64,000 nucleotides of DNA from Gekko japonicus (taxonomy: Eukaryota). This document shows positions 13,775-26,758 of the stretch, in pieces; within the stretch, counting starts at the first letter, position 1, and every line of letters begins with the position of its first letter. The stretch lies in NCBI RefSeq assembly GCF_001447785.1, contig NW_015171536.1, positions 483,102-547,101 on the forward strand. Reading direction: 5' to 3'. The notes under the pieces were generated by a model. That model was not told the origin of the DNA. It did not search any database and worked only from the letters and a program-made list of their open reading frames with translations. A program made the position numbers and the translations under genes.

Positions 13775-14259
13775 CTAATTCCATTTAGTATTTACAGATC
13801 CATGAATGCTTTCTTCTTGCTTGAAGCCCAATTGAACAAAGTCATCATAATTTGTAAACAGATCGAGTGAACTTGATCCCAGTGAGCTAAGAGATCCAGC
13901 CAGTGACCCAGTGCCTTCAAAAGCATAAGTCTGAAGGGAATCATAAGGGGGAACATCTGGATCTGAGTTGGCTTCTTCCAGCTTTTGTGAAATGAATTCC
14001 CGGAATACGGCGCTCTCAGGACCGACTTGCAGAGATTGCCTGTAAAGGCTCTGTATTTGTGTTGTGATGTTTCTTCGAGGCTTGTGTTCCCTCAAGACTG
14101 AATGATTTCTCAGTGTTGGAATATCAAAAGCCTCAGTGTCTTGTTCTCCACCTCCTTCATCATCATACTTAACAATGTTCTCTCTGAACTCTTCTCCTTT
14201 CTCATGAAATAGAGATTTCTTCTTCTGCTGCCTGAAGGCCAGAATTGCCAGAACAAACA
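13775..14259 (-). CDS. CDH19: CDH19 last coding exon: end of the transmembrane helix and cytoplasmic domain
   Basis: RENIVKYDDEGGGEQDTEAFDI, SLYRQSLQVGP (diagnostic of recalled CDH19) and PPYDSLQTYAFEGTGSLAGSLSSL; stop TAG at 13775-13777. The nine exons total 1808 nt and splice into one open frame. Confidence 0.93.
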
Positions 14260-15793
14260 CTGGCAAGCAAACAAAAAAGGGTGAAAGAACATTGGTATGG
14301 GTCTAAGAACTCCAAGAAACGTAGAACATATTAATAGTGATGTCACTGCAGATTTGAGGTCTGATCAATGTTTCGTATGAACTATAATTACAGGGCATAA
14401 AAGTAACATCATGTTGGCTTCAATGAGATTTATAAAATATGAAAAGTGAAAGGATCTATTTGTAAGCCAGTAAGAACGTGAAATGGTAAAACCATCTTGC
14501 CTAATTTTAAACTCAGAACATTTTGCACATGATGCATCAAAGTTCTGCTGAAATTTTTTTGATTCCTCGTCTCAGACCAAGACTTGGAGAATGCAGTGTA
14601 ATTATCAATTTTAATGTGTAAACTTGTTTTAATCCAGTGCATACATGTGTTACATCTTTGTATATATGTATTCAAAGCAGTGGGCCACTCTAGGGCTCAG
14701 ATGAAATGTGGGACATAACTGGTGGATTCTAGAGCCCCTCCAGCAAATAGAAGGTAAAATGGGAGATTGACAAAGCAGGCCTCTGCTCCTCCCACACAGG
14801 CATTTGCCATGTGCTGCTATCCATCTGCCCCACTGTGGGATATCATGGGATTAACTGGTCGCTTCGGTATGAAGAAGGAATTTGGGGACACTTTCCTTAT
14901 TGGCTCTTGGGCAACCTTTTTTCAGCTGCTTCATGATTTCTCTGGGGATGGGTATAAATAGGCCTGGCCTTTAATAGGTTTGGCTATAACTAGTTTGGAA
15001 GGAATGGGGCATCTTGCTCATGATAGGTAGGGGAAATTAGCAAACCTCCTGACAAACTGGGTGTGATAGAGGATTGTTTGGTAATGGCATCGGTTGAAAA
15101 GGATGATAATCAAGGCTGAGAATCACTGGCTGAGTTTGGAGCCAGGGTGGATTTGCTCAAATAATGGCTGCCATGTTAAGGCTGCTTTGAACAGCCTACC
15201 CCGTAAAATGTGTTAGCTTATTTAGTCATGAGCTAGATAATCCATTTAAATAAACCAGCTAAACCCATGTTGTTGTCTTGCATTTTCATGGGCGATGGGC
15301 TGGTAACAACTAATTTCAAAGTTAAAGCCAGCTTTGGATGATCTGGACAGGCACAGCTATAATTATAATGAAACAAATAAAAATATGATATTAAAGCACA
15401 GAACACATAGACTGCTGCAAACCCCCAAAATTATCCATTCTTCTGCCTATTTTCCTCCTCGCTCATGCAAATCCAAACAAAGGCAAAAAATCTAAGGTAA
15501 ACACAGGCTACAGCTGACATTTATATTGCTATTGGATAAGAATTCTTGATTGAAACAATCCATCTCTGGGGACAGCAATATTTTTGAAAATTCCAGCTGT
15601 GCAAGACCCATGGACAGATGAGTTTGCTGGTAGAAGGGGTACAGAAATGGACGAAGACTGATAACTGATAACTGAAGAGAACTGGTGCTTTATGTGTGAA
15701 ATAATGCTACACAACTGGTGGACCAGATGAGAATTGTATGAATGAATATTTGTGGAATAGTAGTGGAGCATGTGAGCTGTATGAATGGGTTGG

Positions 15794-16235
15794 CATAGAA
15801 ACATAGAATCATAAAGTTGGAAGGGATCTCCAAGGTCATCTAGTCCAACCCCCTGCACAATGCAGGAAATTCACAAATACTTCCCCCTCCACACACACAG
15901 TGACCACTGTTGCACGCCCCGAAGATGACAAAAACTCTAGGGTCCTTAGCCAAACCAGCCTGGAGAAAAATTGCTTCCTGACCCCAAAGTGGCAATCAGC
16001 ATTTCCCTGGACATGTAAGAAAGGGCCATGAGAACGAAGCACTGACGCAACCCTTCCTGCCCTCTCTCTCATGAACTGCCTAAGTTCACACAATCAGCGT
16101 TGCTGTTAGATGGCCATCTAGCCTCTGTTTGAAAACCTCCAAAGAAGGAGAGCCCACCACCTCCCGAAGAACTGCTCTGTCAGGAAGTTCTTCCTAATGT
16201 TTAGCTGAAAACTCTTCTGATTTAATTTCAACCAA
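15794..16235 (-). mobile_element. CR1 LINE 3' end
   Basis: catagaatcataaagttggaagggatctccaaggtcatctagtccaacccc is the reverse complement of the CR1 3' terminus; KSFQLNIRKNFLT peptide. Confidence 0.85.
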
Positions 16236-16989
16236 TTAATAGTCATATATGAATGAGGTGTGTAAGTAGTATGAACATGTTTTTTGTGCATGTGACACAG
16301 AGGGAGGTAATGGACCATGTACAAAGAGAAGATATTTTAAGCCCCCTTCGAATTTCTGGCCCTAGGTTAGGATAACAACTACATACGTAGTATATCTGTA
16401 AACCACTCTGAGACCCCCTAGGGGTCAAGGGCGGTATATAAATCGAATAGTAAAGTAAAGTATATATCTAAAAACTTTCCTCTGGAATTCCTTTGGAATT
16501 AGGCAAACCATTTCATATCAAAAGCAGTGTCATTGGCTCTAGCAAGGGGGAGGTGTTGGACATGGCTTGTTTCTGTTCTTGCCTCCAAGATGTACACAAC
16601 TGCCAACCAAGTCCAATGTGAGCCCCTGATGCACTGGTAGCAAAAATTAAGCTTGACTTTATTTTAATGGCTTGAAACCAGTGACACTCAAGCAGAAACT
16701 GCTTTCTGGACTTAGTGGAGTTCTGCGTATGCAAGATCTTGTGCAACACCTAGAGTTTTCCTCCTTTTTATATTATAGTGCTAAGGAATTGGTTGCACAA
16801 GATCTTGGACAAGTGGAAACACAAGTGGGGATACATGACTTAGCACAAGCTGTTACCATGATCGTTTTCTTTTTGTACAAGAGATCTAGCACAAGCAGAA
16901 ATATTGTGCTGCATCCAACTCAATGTGTTTGGTGAAGTATAACTCTCATCTATTCCATCTTTTGTTGTCACACCACCATACTCTCAGTT

Positions 16990-16993
<4 letters not shown>

Positions 16994-17077
<84 letters not shown>
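16994..17077. repeat. (TG)n(AG)n compound microsatellite
   Basis: Read directly from the sequence. Confidence 0.97.
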
Positions 17078-17080
<3 letters not shown>

Positions 17081-17154
17081 AACTGGTTGACTTCTACCAA
17101 TTAAGCAAACATATATATTTAAGCAGAATGAAGGCACCTAACTCTTTTCCTTAC

Positions 17155-17394
17155 CTAATATAATTAATGTGCAGGCCACCACAGCAACAAATGCTTCCAC
17201 ACTGATGCCCAGGGCTCCATATCTACAGTATTTAGGATTGACTTCAGTGTCACAGTCACACACAAGAACTGTTAAGGTGCTTGTGCTGGCAAGGGGTGGA
17301 ATTCCATTGTCTGCAATTAGGATTGGCAAGGCAAAAACAGACTCCTTTTGACGATAGAAGCCATTTCTTTTGGTAAGAATTCCAGCTGTATTAT
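17155..17394 (-). CDS. CDH19: CDH19 coding exon, EC5 end and start of the transmembrane helix
   Basis: ORF 17138-17464 gives NTAGILTKRNGF...ILIADNGIPPLASTSTLTVLVCDCD...AFVAVVACTLIIL; AG acceptor and GTAAG donor; 240 nt. Confidence 0.93.
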
Positions 17395-19906
17395 CTAAAA
17401 AAAACAAGATGCATACATAACTTAAAAGTCTTTGGGAATTCAAGAAAATAGACAACCAATTCATATTCAGTTAGAATTAATTCTCATTTATTCTCTATAA
17501 ATATATAGAGACTAGTGACTATTACATGCTTTATATGCTTGGGTAGGTTCCAGCTACCTAGCTGCTACCAACCATACAATTATATGCTGCACCACAGCCA
17601 ATACATTTAACCATGTGTAAAATTAGGTTGATATATTTATAATTCTTAACGACTTGGGTTAGATCTATTAGGGGTAACAGACTACAGTTTGGATATGAAT
17701 GTCAATGGACATGATTTGGCTAGTTAGATGTTCTGTGTGCACAAACTGTATGTTTATGGGGTACAGTTGCTGGGATGACAGTTACATAATATTAAGGCCA
17801 TATTATAGATTTGCTGAATTGGCTTAAAGCTTTCAGCTACAGTAGATGGTAGTAATGAAATAAGCATACATCACACAGAAGTCCTTACAAACCCACTGTA
17901 AGATAGGTCAGTACTGTCTCTAGACTATGATTGGAAAAGCATAGGAATGCAGGGTACAAGATAGTGGCTTGCATACAAGCCAGACCATTTGAGCCTGAAG
18001 TCTAAAGGAGTAATTTCTTATTCAGAATACAGTGAACTTTCCAAAAGTTAGCTGTATTGATTTATTCACCTAGCCAGAACATTCAAATAATTAGCAAAGC
18101 CAATATGAGCAATGTATACTTTAGCTGAATTTGAAATAGCTCTTCTTCTAACTCTCAAAAGGCTGCCTTTAAGTGGTCTTCTTTCCTACAATTTCATCAG
18201 TTGTTGAACTTAGGTTTTCCCTTCAGATTAGTTTCGATTGGTGTCCCCCCCATACGATTCTTTCTCAGCCTCTAGGATCAATACCAATGCTGCATAGCAT
18301 TGCAACACAGAAAAGTCATTCATATGATGTCATCAGTATATCGATGAAAACAGTGTAATCGGGAACAGGAAACAAAGTTAAATAATTGTTAACTATGCCT
18401 TTGTCTATAACTTTGTTTTAGCGGAACTAAATGCCATGTACAGATTTCTATATTAATATTAAATGTTCGTTTCATTTAAAAACCTGCTTGCTCTCTCCCA
18501 TTTTTTAAAAATATTACTAGCATTTGGTAGGTTAAGAGATATTGGGAAAGTTATCACTCCTACAATATGCCATACTTAGAAAGCAATTTTTAAAAGATAA
18601 AATAGGATTCTGAGATTGTTCTGAGTATTTTTTTGAACTTCAGCATACTGTCTGCAGATCTATGAAAAAGCTGTTCAAATAAGGATCTGCTATCAATGCT
18701 TTATAGAAAAACAAAGGATCAATGCTGGATTAGTCCAATAGTCCATGTACTCCAACTTCCTATTGCCTACAGCATCTGGACTGGTGTTTCTGGCAAGTCT
18801 ACAAGTAGGATATAGTGGCAGTAGCCTTTTCCAACCCTTTGAGCCCTGTATTATTTTCTGCTCATGGGGGATCCATTTATCTGTCACTGATAGGCCTATT
18901 CCACTAACTGGATAAATTCCTGGAGTATAGGTTTGTGTGTGTGTGTTTTGATTCATGAGTTCTATATTTGTATGCCTAACAAATGGCTAAAGCCAAGTGG
19001 GAATATAGTTTTGTCTCTGACTACTTTCGAACAGACTTTTCAAAGTGCAGTGGGCTTTTGTGTACCTTTCTCACACAAATCGTCTAATCTGTTTTCCTCC
19101 TCTGTGTTCCCCCTGGGGTCTTCCAAGACACCTTTGATGCAATGTTTCTCTTTGATGCAATATATCTGTTGGTTGATTGCCCAGACTATTTCTTTATACG
19201 GATTGCCTCTGCAAACTTGAGCAATCTTTGTCTCCTAGCTACAGTTTATCTGTGTGAAAGGGGCTGCTTTGCCACAGTAGGCTGAGACTTTGGCAGTGCA
19301 TTCCTTTTAAGTGCTGACTCCCCTTTTCCTTCCTCCTCTGGGTAAGATAGCAGTGAAAGGTGCCCTCATTGTGTAATATGTTGGGTAATATTTTCTAGAA
19401 AATTCAATAAAAGCAAATTTTAAAAAGAGGGAACTAATCCAAAGCTCTGCTGTCATTGGTTTCACATATGGAACTTGCGTGAGCTCAGGCTTTCCCATTT
19501 ATTGCAGTTTTGGAGCAACTCTTCACATGCAATCAAGATGAGTATTCCTAGTTGTCTAGGTTCACTGATGCCCAGATTTTACATACTAGAGGGTTTATGG
19601 CATACTTGCAGGGTGGATGCATTACCTTGCTATCCTGCTACTTCTACAAAAAGTTCAGAAATAGCAGAGTAGCTTTACAATAATTCTATGGAGCAGTGAG
19701 ATGCTGATGTCCTAAAAACAAAGGTTTAAATGTGGAGTTCCCAGATCTAAAACCAGTGCTTTAATTACTGAACTTCAATGGCTCTCAAATCTGCTTTCTA
19801 CTTGGTATAGATAGTTCTGTGAAGGATGAAACAGACTAATGATTAACGTGGTTAGGTTAACTATCCTTTACAAGAATATTTCAAAACTGACTCAAGGGAC
19901 ACCTAC

Positions 19907-20024
19907 TTTGATTATCCTTGACAGCAAAACTGGAGCGGTTTGAGGTGTCTTCAGCCAAACTGAAGGAGAACTGATGGTGTTCCATTGGACTGTCTTTATC
20001 CACTGCACTGATGGTCTGAATGAG
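19907..20024 (-). CDS. CDH19: CDH19 coding exon, EC5 (LIQTISAVDKDSPMEHHQFSFSLAEDTSNRSSFAVKDNQ)
   Basis: Manual translation gives the IQTISAVDKD hallmark; AG acceptor and GTAGG donor; 118 nt. Confidence 0.92.
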
Positions 20025-21512
20025 CTAATATTAAGTTGGAAAAAATTAGGTTTAGAACCAAATACTGTTAGATGCCTTTTAACACAATGGGCCACAACGG
20101 CATGTAAGACATTCTATTGAATTAACAAGGTTAGAATCTTCCTCTCTCTCTTTTAAGGGCAGGAAATTTGTAGCAGCTTCTACTAAAGCCCATTACTTAG
20201 CACAATACTGTCTGGCTTGTTGATTTTCTAATGTTTTACAATTATGCCACTTGATTTTGTATTGATTGGAAAGAAATAAGCACTAAATTCTTGGGCTAAA
20301 GCAAATGGCTTCTGGGATTGAAATGCAAAGCTTAAATAAAGTTTCCATAAGCAAAAATATATAAAAAAACATTCTGCCCTTCCTTTGTTCTCCAAGGTGA
20401 AAAGTATATCATTCTGTATTTGAACACATCCTTCAATACAAAAACCTATTTCCTTCCAGCCCACAAACATCATAGGCATCACTCAAATGATGTATTATAG
20501 TTGCCGTGACCGCAAGATTGTGACAAGTTCATGTGCTGAATTGTTGATTCTTCGAGATTGTAACAGATTGATTATGGAAACACTTGGTGTGTTTTCAAAG
20601 AAGCAAAATAGCCTGTATTTCCAAACACATAGAACCAGATTGCCATTTGTAAGAGAACAAAGTTAAAATTAGCAACTTTGCATTCAAAATCATAGATTCC
20701 ATCTTCTTCAATAAACAAGCCATGTTGCAGTTGTTATAACAAGCACTTGCTTCTTTTGCAAAGAGTAAATATTTGTTGCCATTATCTGTTGCTGCTGTTC
20801 TGCAAATCATATGTTATCATTGACATCATTTTTATTCCACTATTTCAGTTCAACATTATCTTGCCATTTCAATGCAAAGCCACTTCATTTCTTTCATTAG
20901 CAGGGTAAGTCTTCTAAAGTAGTCTTTAATGGCTAATTATTTGGAGCTTAAAATAGGTGCAGGGTCAGAAAAGCCTATATACTGTTACTGAAATCACTTT
21001 GAGATTAGGCCACAAGCATAGTTCATTTCAGTGATGCTATAGGCTAATAGAGACTTTAGAAATATGCTTCTTTTATCTATAGCTGAAAGCATAAGTTCAT
21101 CAACTGCTATTTTAGTGCTGTAGGAAATGTGTTTTATTGCACCTGTATCACTTGAACCAATGTGGTATAATTGTAACACCTGTCCCTCTTGTTCAGGTTT
21201 TCAAGCAGTGTATATCCAGTTCAACTCTGAGGCTTGGATACAGATTGTCATTTCTGTAGGCACAAGGATATCTACCCCCAGGAGGTTTATGGGGGGCATT
21301 CTGATCTGCCATACAGGGGTAGGTGAGAAAATCACATTTGGCAGGCATAAATCCTTGGGTACAGAGAAACACTAGTCTGCATTCAAGAATATGCCTACAG
21401 AAGAGAATCAAGGAAATTGTCCTTATGTAATCACTCCCCACTATTTTCTGTCAGAAGCCTTAGCATTATCAGAGAATATTTACATGGTGGCCATTTAAGC
21501 TTCTTCTAATGC

Positions 21513-21928
21513 TAGGGATGCCAGTCCCCAGGTGGTGGGGGGGGATCCCCTGATTTTGCAGGCAGAAGCCTGCCAGCAACTTGCTGGCCAGCAGGGGAAG
21601 CCCTGCCCCCAATCCCCACCCCCTACAGCGACCACCAGCAGCCACCCCTCTTCCTTCCCTTCTACAAGTTTTAAATGGTCCTCCGGTAGATTGGCAGGAG
21701 CATGTAGCCCACTGATCAGTTGGAGGGCCCTTTAAATCTTGCAGGAGGGGAGGGAGAAGGGAGGCCATTGGCCGCAAATTTGCCACTTGGAGTGCAAGCG
21801 TGCGGAGTGTCTGTGCCCAATGTGATGATGTCACTTCTGAATGACATCATGTTGGGGACATCCCTGCCCCCTCCAGAAATGCACCCCAAAGTCCCCCACT
21901 GGGGACTAGGAAGGACCTGGCAACCCTA
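21513..21928. mobile_element. hAT-type MITE (TAGGGTTGCCA-type ends)
   Basis: tagggatgcca / tggcaacccta ends; 8-bp TSD tctaatgc/tctaaggc. Confidence 0.8.
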
Positions 21929-22583
21929 TCTAAGGCCTGGTCTACTTATGAAGCAGAATGAAGTAGATGGAGAGGCTGTACCACGTCAGTCTGCAGGTGG
22001 GAGCATCATATTTTAAAGCTTCCCCATATAATGACTCCAATTTTTGTTGTTGTTGAAATGTTAACCTGCCCTTCACATGCTGTGTAAGTTCTTCTCTTAC
22101 AGGGAATTATTAATGTATAGAAATGCTAAAAATGTTAATTCCTTTCTTGCAGTCTGAAAGAGTACAGCCTGTTCTAACTACCTCGGCTACCCCATTATTC
22201 TCTTATTCTACAGCACTGTACAACAGGCCTAAAAGAATTCATAGCAGTGAAGAGTGTGTGGAGTGAATGTTTTTGTGTACCAGGCTGTGTCTAAAGTGTG
22301 TTGTTTGGTTGAAGAGTGTTTGAAGCTGTAAGAAGGGATATAAGTTAACTCTACAGAATTCACTCCACCCCATCCCACCTTCTGTCCTATTTAGCCCCCT
22401 TCACATAGCTATTGATGGTGAAACTGGTGGATTCACAGTATATATGTGTGTGGTGAATAATTGGTCTGGTTAGGAGACTCTGCTTTTGGCTGTGCTTCAT
22501 CAGGCATGGATCTATCCTGTGCAGGGGCTGAAGCGATTAAAGGGTGGAGCAGCAGGCTTCAGAGGAATAGAGAAGAAGAGGTG

Positions 22584-23064
22584 TGTCACAATAGCAAAGA
22601 CACCCTCGTGAGTAAACAGGGTTTTGTGCACATACAGGCTGACAATTATGGGTTTAAAACCAAGGATTTTATTCCAAGCTAAAGGAATTCAAAGAGTTTA
22701 CTACAAAAATCAAACAGCAAATCACTTCAAGGAGTACAGAGGAAAACAATAAAACTAACTTGAACTACCTGACTTCTCAGTCCAGTTCTCAGGAGGCACA
22801 ATCATAAACCGAAGCCGACAGGGTAGCGTTGCGTGGGAGTCTCTGCGCACACTGACCAGCCCAGCCGTAAGCTCAAGTGATCTCTCAGGCTGGCTTTCCA
22901 ACAACTCGAGCACCCAGATATACTCTTCTCCCTCTACCAGGTGTGAGGCTTTACAATCAGAGACTGTTCTTTGGTAAAGCAAATGGGCGCCTCTGTCTGA
23001 CCTTGAAATTAATAAAACAAGCCGGCTACAGAATGAGCCAGTTGCACCTGGGAAGAGGCTAACA
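22584..23064 (-). mobile_element. Solo LTR (481 bp)
   Basis: TGT...ACA ends; TSD aggtg/agttg; AATAAA on the minus strand near 22668. Confidence 0.65.
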
Positions 23065-23483
23065 AGTTGTTACATAAATTAACCCTTTATGAACCCTTTT
23101 GCTTCACAAGGTGCGTTGGGGCAGTGACTGCCACTTTGGGGCTCATAGCGATGTTTAACTTGACTGAAGCTGAAGTACCGGTTTGTTCCTACTCTGGGTT
23201 TCAGGACTGGGGGGGGGGGGAGGAAAAAAAAGGAAGACTTACAAAAAAAGAGTATTGTTGCATGCAAGGAGCTCAGTGGCTTCTTTGGCTGCCCCCTGAG
23301 GGTGCCAGGACTTGGGAGCGGCCATCTTGTCAGTATTGGTGTCTGGTGACCATGTTGTTAGTGGAGCCTGCTGACTAAGATTTCTCCTTGTAACTATTGG
23401 AGCCTCTGTGGTGGTCATTTTGTTCCTCAGTCTCTGCCTAAATTCCTAATTCCCCTGCCCCAATTGGGTTAAATAAATAAGAT

Positions 23484-23553
<70 letters not shown>
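23484..23553. repeat. (GATA)n microsatellite
   Basis: Read directly from the sequence. Confidence 0.97.
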
Positions 23554-24639
23554 CACTGAAGGTTAATTAGGTAGATTGGTTAGATATCTACATTCAGGTA
23601 TTCCCGGGGGGGGGGGGGTCGTGCTGGTCAAAAAGCAAGTCAGAGCACTATTAAAAAAAACCCTCAGGGAAGGGAAAGACAAGACAATTTGTTGTGATTT
23701 ATTTTAGGGATGGTGCCAGAGAAAGGCCAGCAGAAGAAGGGCGGCTTGGCAAAACATTCAGTACCACCCTCAGGAAGTCACCTGCCCAGCTATCTTCAGA
23801 TGAAAAAGAAAAACCAGTGTCCCAGATCTTGTGGCCAGGACTGAGGCTTTGGAAAGGGCCACACACCAATCATGTGTTTCTGTTGGCCAAGCAGTGGGAG
23901 TAGTTCCATGCCCAGTGAAAGTGGCTAGGTGTGCCTCTAACCAATCTAATTCTTCTCTAGCAAACAGGATGGCAGCATTGAAACTGGGTCTGTGCCCTGA
24001 GGTGCCAGGGAGAGATGATGTCAGCCACTGACATTCTACGGCTGAGAGTGGAGGTGCTGGAGACCAACTCAGAATACAGTGGCTTCAGATCCAGAGCATG
24101 GAGCTAGTAAGTTTACTTCTGAAGAGAATCGCACACTAAACATGGAGGCTGGGGAAGTGGGCTGGAATTCTTCAGCATCATAATGGGTAGCAGGACCATG
24201 AGGGGGGCAGGGCCTTTTCTGCCATGGTGCTAATGGTGTGGCAGGTGGGGTATGTTGTGGAATCAGCTCCTGCCTTCTCTCCACCAGATTATGAGAGAAG
24301 ACAGTCACCCTGAAGTACTAGTATTGCATCTTTATGAAACCAATCTGGTGCAAAACCAAGGATTTATGCTGACCCACAGGATAATTAGGGAAGAAGGTTA
24401 ATGAATGGTGCCCTGGTGTTGTAATGGTATGGATGGAGCTGCTGTAGAGAAGGGTTTGGAGGGGGCAGTTAAGCCCACCAAAACTGAGAGAGTATGGCGT
24501 ATGGTCAACAAGGCCATTTGCAAGAAAATTCTGGCTGATTGGGAAGCATATAGCCCTCACTAGGCAATTAGATACCATATGCCTCACCAGTACAGGGATG
24601 ATGATGTCCATGTATCACCTGAAGGATACAACACCTATT

Positions 24640-24874
24640 GAGAGCCAGCATGGTATAGTGGTTGAAAGCAGCAGACTAACCTGGAGAACCGGGTTTGATT
24701 CCCCACTCCTCCACATGAAGCCTCCTGGGTGAACTTGGGCCACTTAGAGTTCTGTCAGAACTCTCTTATCCCCACCTCTTGTGGGGAGAGGAAGGGAAGA
24801 AGATTGAAAGCTGCTTTGAGACTCCTTAGGATAGAGAAATGCAGGGTATAAAAACCTACTCATCTTTTTCTTCT
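24640..24874 (+). mobile_element. tRNA-derived SINE (Squam3-like)
   Basis: A box tggtatagtggt and B box gggtttgattccc, L2-like tail, (TTC)-type end; several copies in the window. Confidence 0.8.
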
Positions 24875-26093
24875 GTTTAGCTGATCTACATCAAGACCTG
24901 CAGGATGTTATGCTTAGCAGGTGGGTCAAGGAGTGTTAAACTAGGTTAACCCCCTTGTTTGGCAGGGGTAGGGTGGATTGCTCATGATAGATAGTGATGA
25001 TTGGTGAGCACCCTGAGCCATTGGGTGTGACTGAGGGCATGTCCTGAACAGACCATCACTGGCATTACAACATTATGGGGCTTGGGAAGGACTGTCTTAG
25101 GGGCTGATCAACATCTTTCCGAACCTGGTAGTGGCCTTAACAGCACATTAGAGAAGGGGGAGATGGGGCTTGCCACCTCAGTGCTATATGTGCAGGTGAT
25201 GATAAATGAGGTCAGTGGAAGCCACCAGCTGAGTTTAGAAACTGAACATTAGATCACCTTTAAGACCAACAAAGTGGGGATCCCCACTCTTCAACTTTTA
25301 ACACATAATTTGGATCTACAATATCTCACTAAAGTGATAAATTATTTTATACATAATTAAAATAGTTCAGATTCAAAGGACAGATTCAAAGGATGGGGGG
25401 GGGGATGCTCCAGAAAGTTTAAGTTTAAAAAGTTCTATTTGGGGGGTTAATGTTTCTAAGCTTGCTGAAATGTAAATTAACAAAGGACAGCATATCTCAA
25501 GGAAAGTCAGAATCTCAGTTTGAAAACCAAAATAGCACCCTAATTGTTTTTAAATCAAGGTTTACTGTCTGCATGCTTCATAATAAAGCCAAGTAGCAAA
25601 CATTCTCTGATATTGTATTTGTAAAGCCAGATCAGCTGGTTTATTGATTGTGCTGAAATCTAATTGCAAAGAATTGTGTGATATCAAGGCTCATTAATCT
25701 GAAAACTGCATTAATCTACAAGGCAGTGGGGAACACTATTAACTAGGAAACTTGGCAGGTAACTATTTACATGGAGAATTTATTAGTCTAGAAATTCAAA
25801 TATTAGAATTGAGCAGCACATTACACTTGTGGATCGTAGACTGGCTCAGTCGACTTAGAAACTCAGAGGCTCCCTGACCTCAAAAGGCTTTAAGCCTCAC
25901 TGTAATCACAGGCCAAGTCATTCTGAGCTATGTTTTCTTACACTGTATTTTGCTCTCTACAAATCTTCCCTAATGGTCGTGGGGCAGTTCTTCCACAGAT
26001 TTTGGCTGTAAAGATGTATACCAGGTTCTCAGGGTCACAGAAATGTGCACCCATGGGGCTTGATTCCCCTCCCCCCAATTTTAACATGGTCAA

Positions 26094-26758
26094 TAGGGTA
26101 TGCAAAAAAAGGGGGAGTTGGTTCGGGTCAATTGGACCTGGGGGGAAAATGGTATTTCCGAAAATTCCTGCATCCCAATACCAGTATGGTATTTGGATCT
26201 GGGATTTTTCGGAAATCCCAATTTTTGAGTGTCCAATAGACCTGAGAAGAAAAATACCAATTAAAAAAAGCCAGTCTGACCCTGGGGCTGGCTTGGCTTC
26301 TCTTGCAGCATGGTTTAAACCTGGGAGGCTGGCCTGGGATCTGCGTGCAGTGTGGAGGTCTCTCCCCACAGCACACAGACCTGGCTGGGAGGGATTCTCC
26401 TGTGGCATGGTTTAAACCACACCACAGGAGAAGCTGACCCCAGGATCTGTGTATGGTGGGGAGGTAAGACAGGATCAGCTGGAGGGCAGCGGGAGCTGAG
26501 AGCTCCACGCTGCCTCGGCTGGGGCTGGATTTTCTTGCAGCTCGGTTTAAAGCAAGCTTCAATAAGAGCCCACCAGCCATTCAGTATAGCTGAATATGCC
26601 AAATAAACGCAAAAAGAAAATGGCTTTATTTGGGCTTAGCTATACAGGTAGCTGATCAGATTCTCTGATCTGTATTCAACTTAAATAATACCCAGAAAAT
26701 ACCAGTAAGGTATTTTTGGGTACTTTTTGTCTTAGTTTATGCTTAATGCACATCACTA
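26094..26758. mobile_element. hAT-type MITE
   Basis: tagggtatgca / tgcacatcacta ends; TSD atggtcaa/ttggtcaa. Confidence 0.75.

Noticed and set aside
24640-24720. tRNA-like A/B boxes (also at 50806 and 60218)
   Set aside because: They are SINE heads followed by L2-like tails, not complete tRNA cloverleaves.
25930-26606. Overlapping 150-160 aa ORFs on both strands
   Set aside because: They lie mostly within a hAT MITE defined by TIRs and a TSD, and show no protein motifs.
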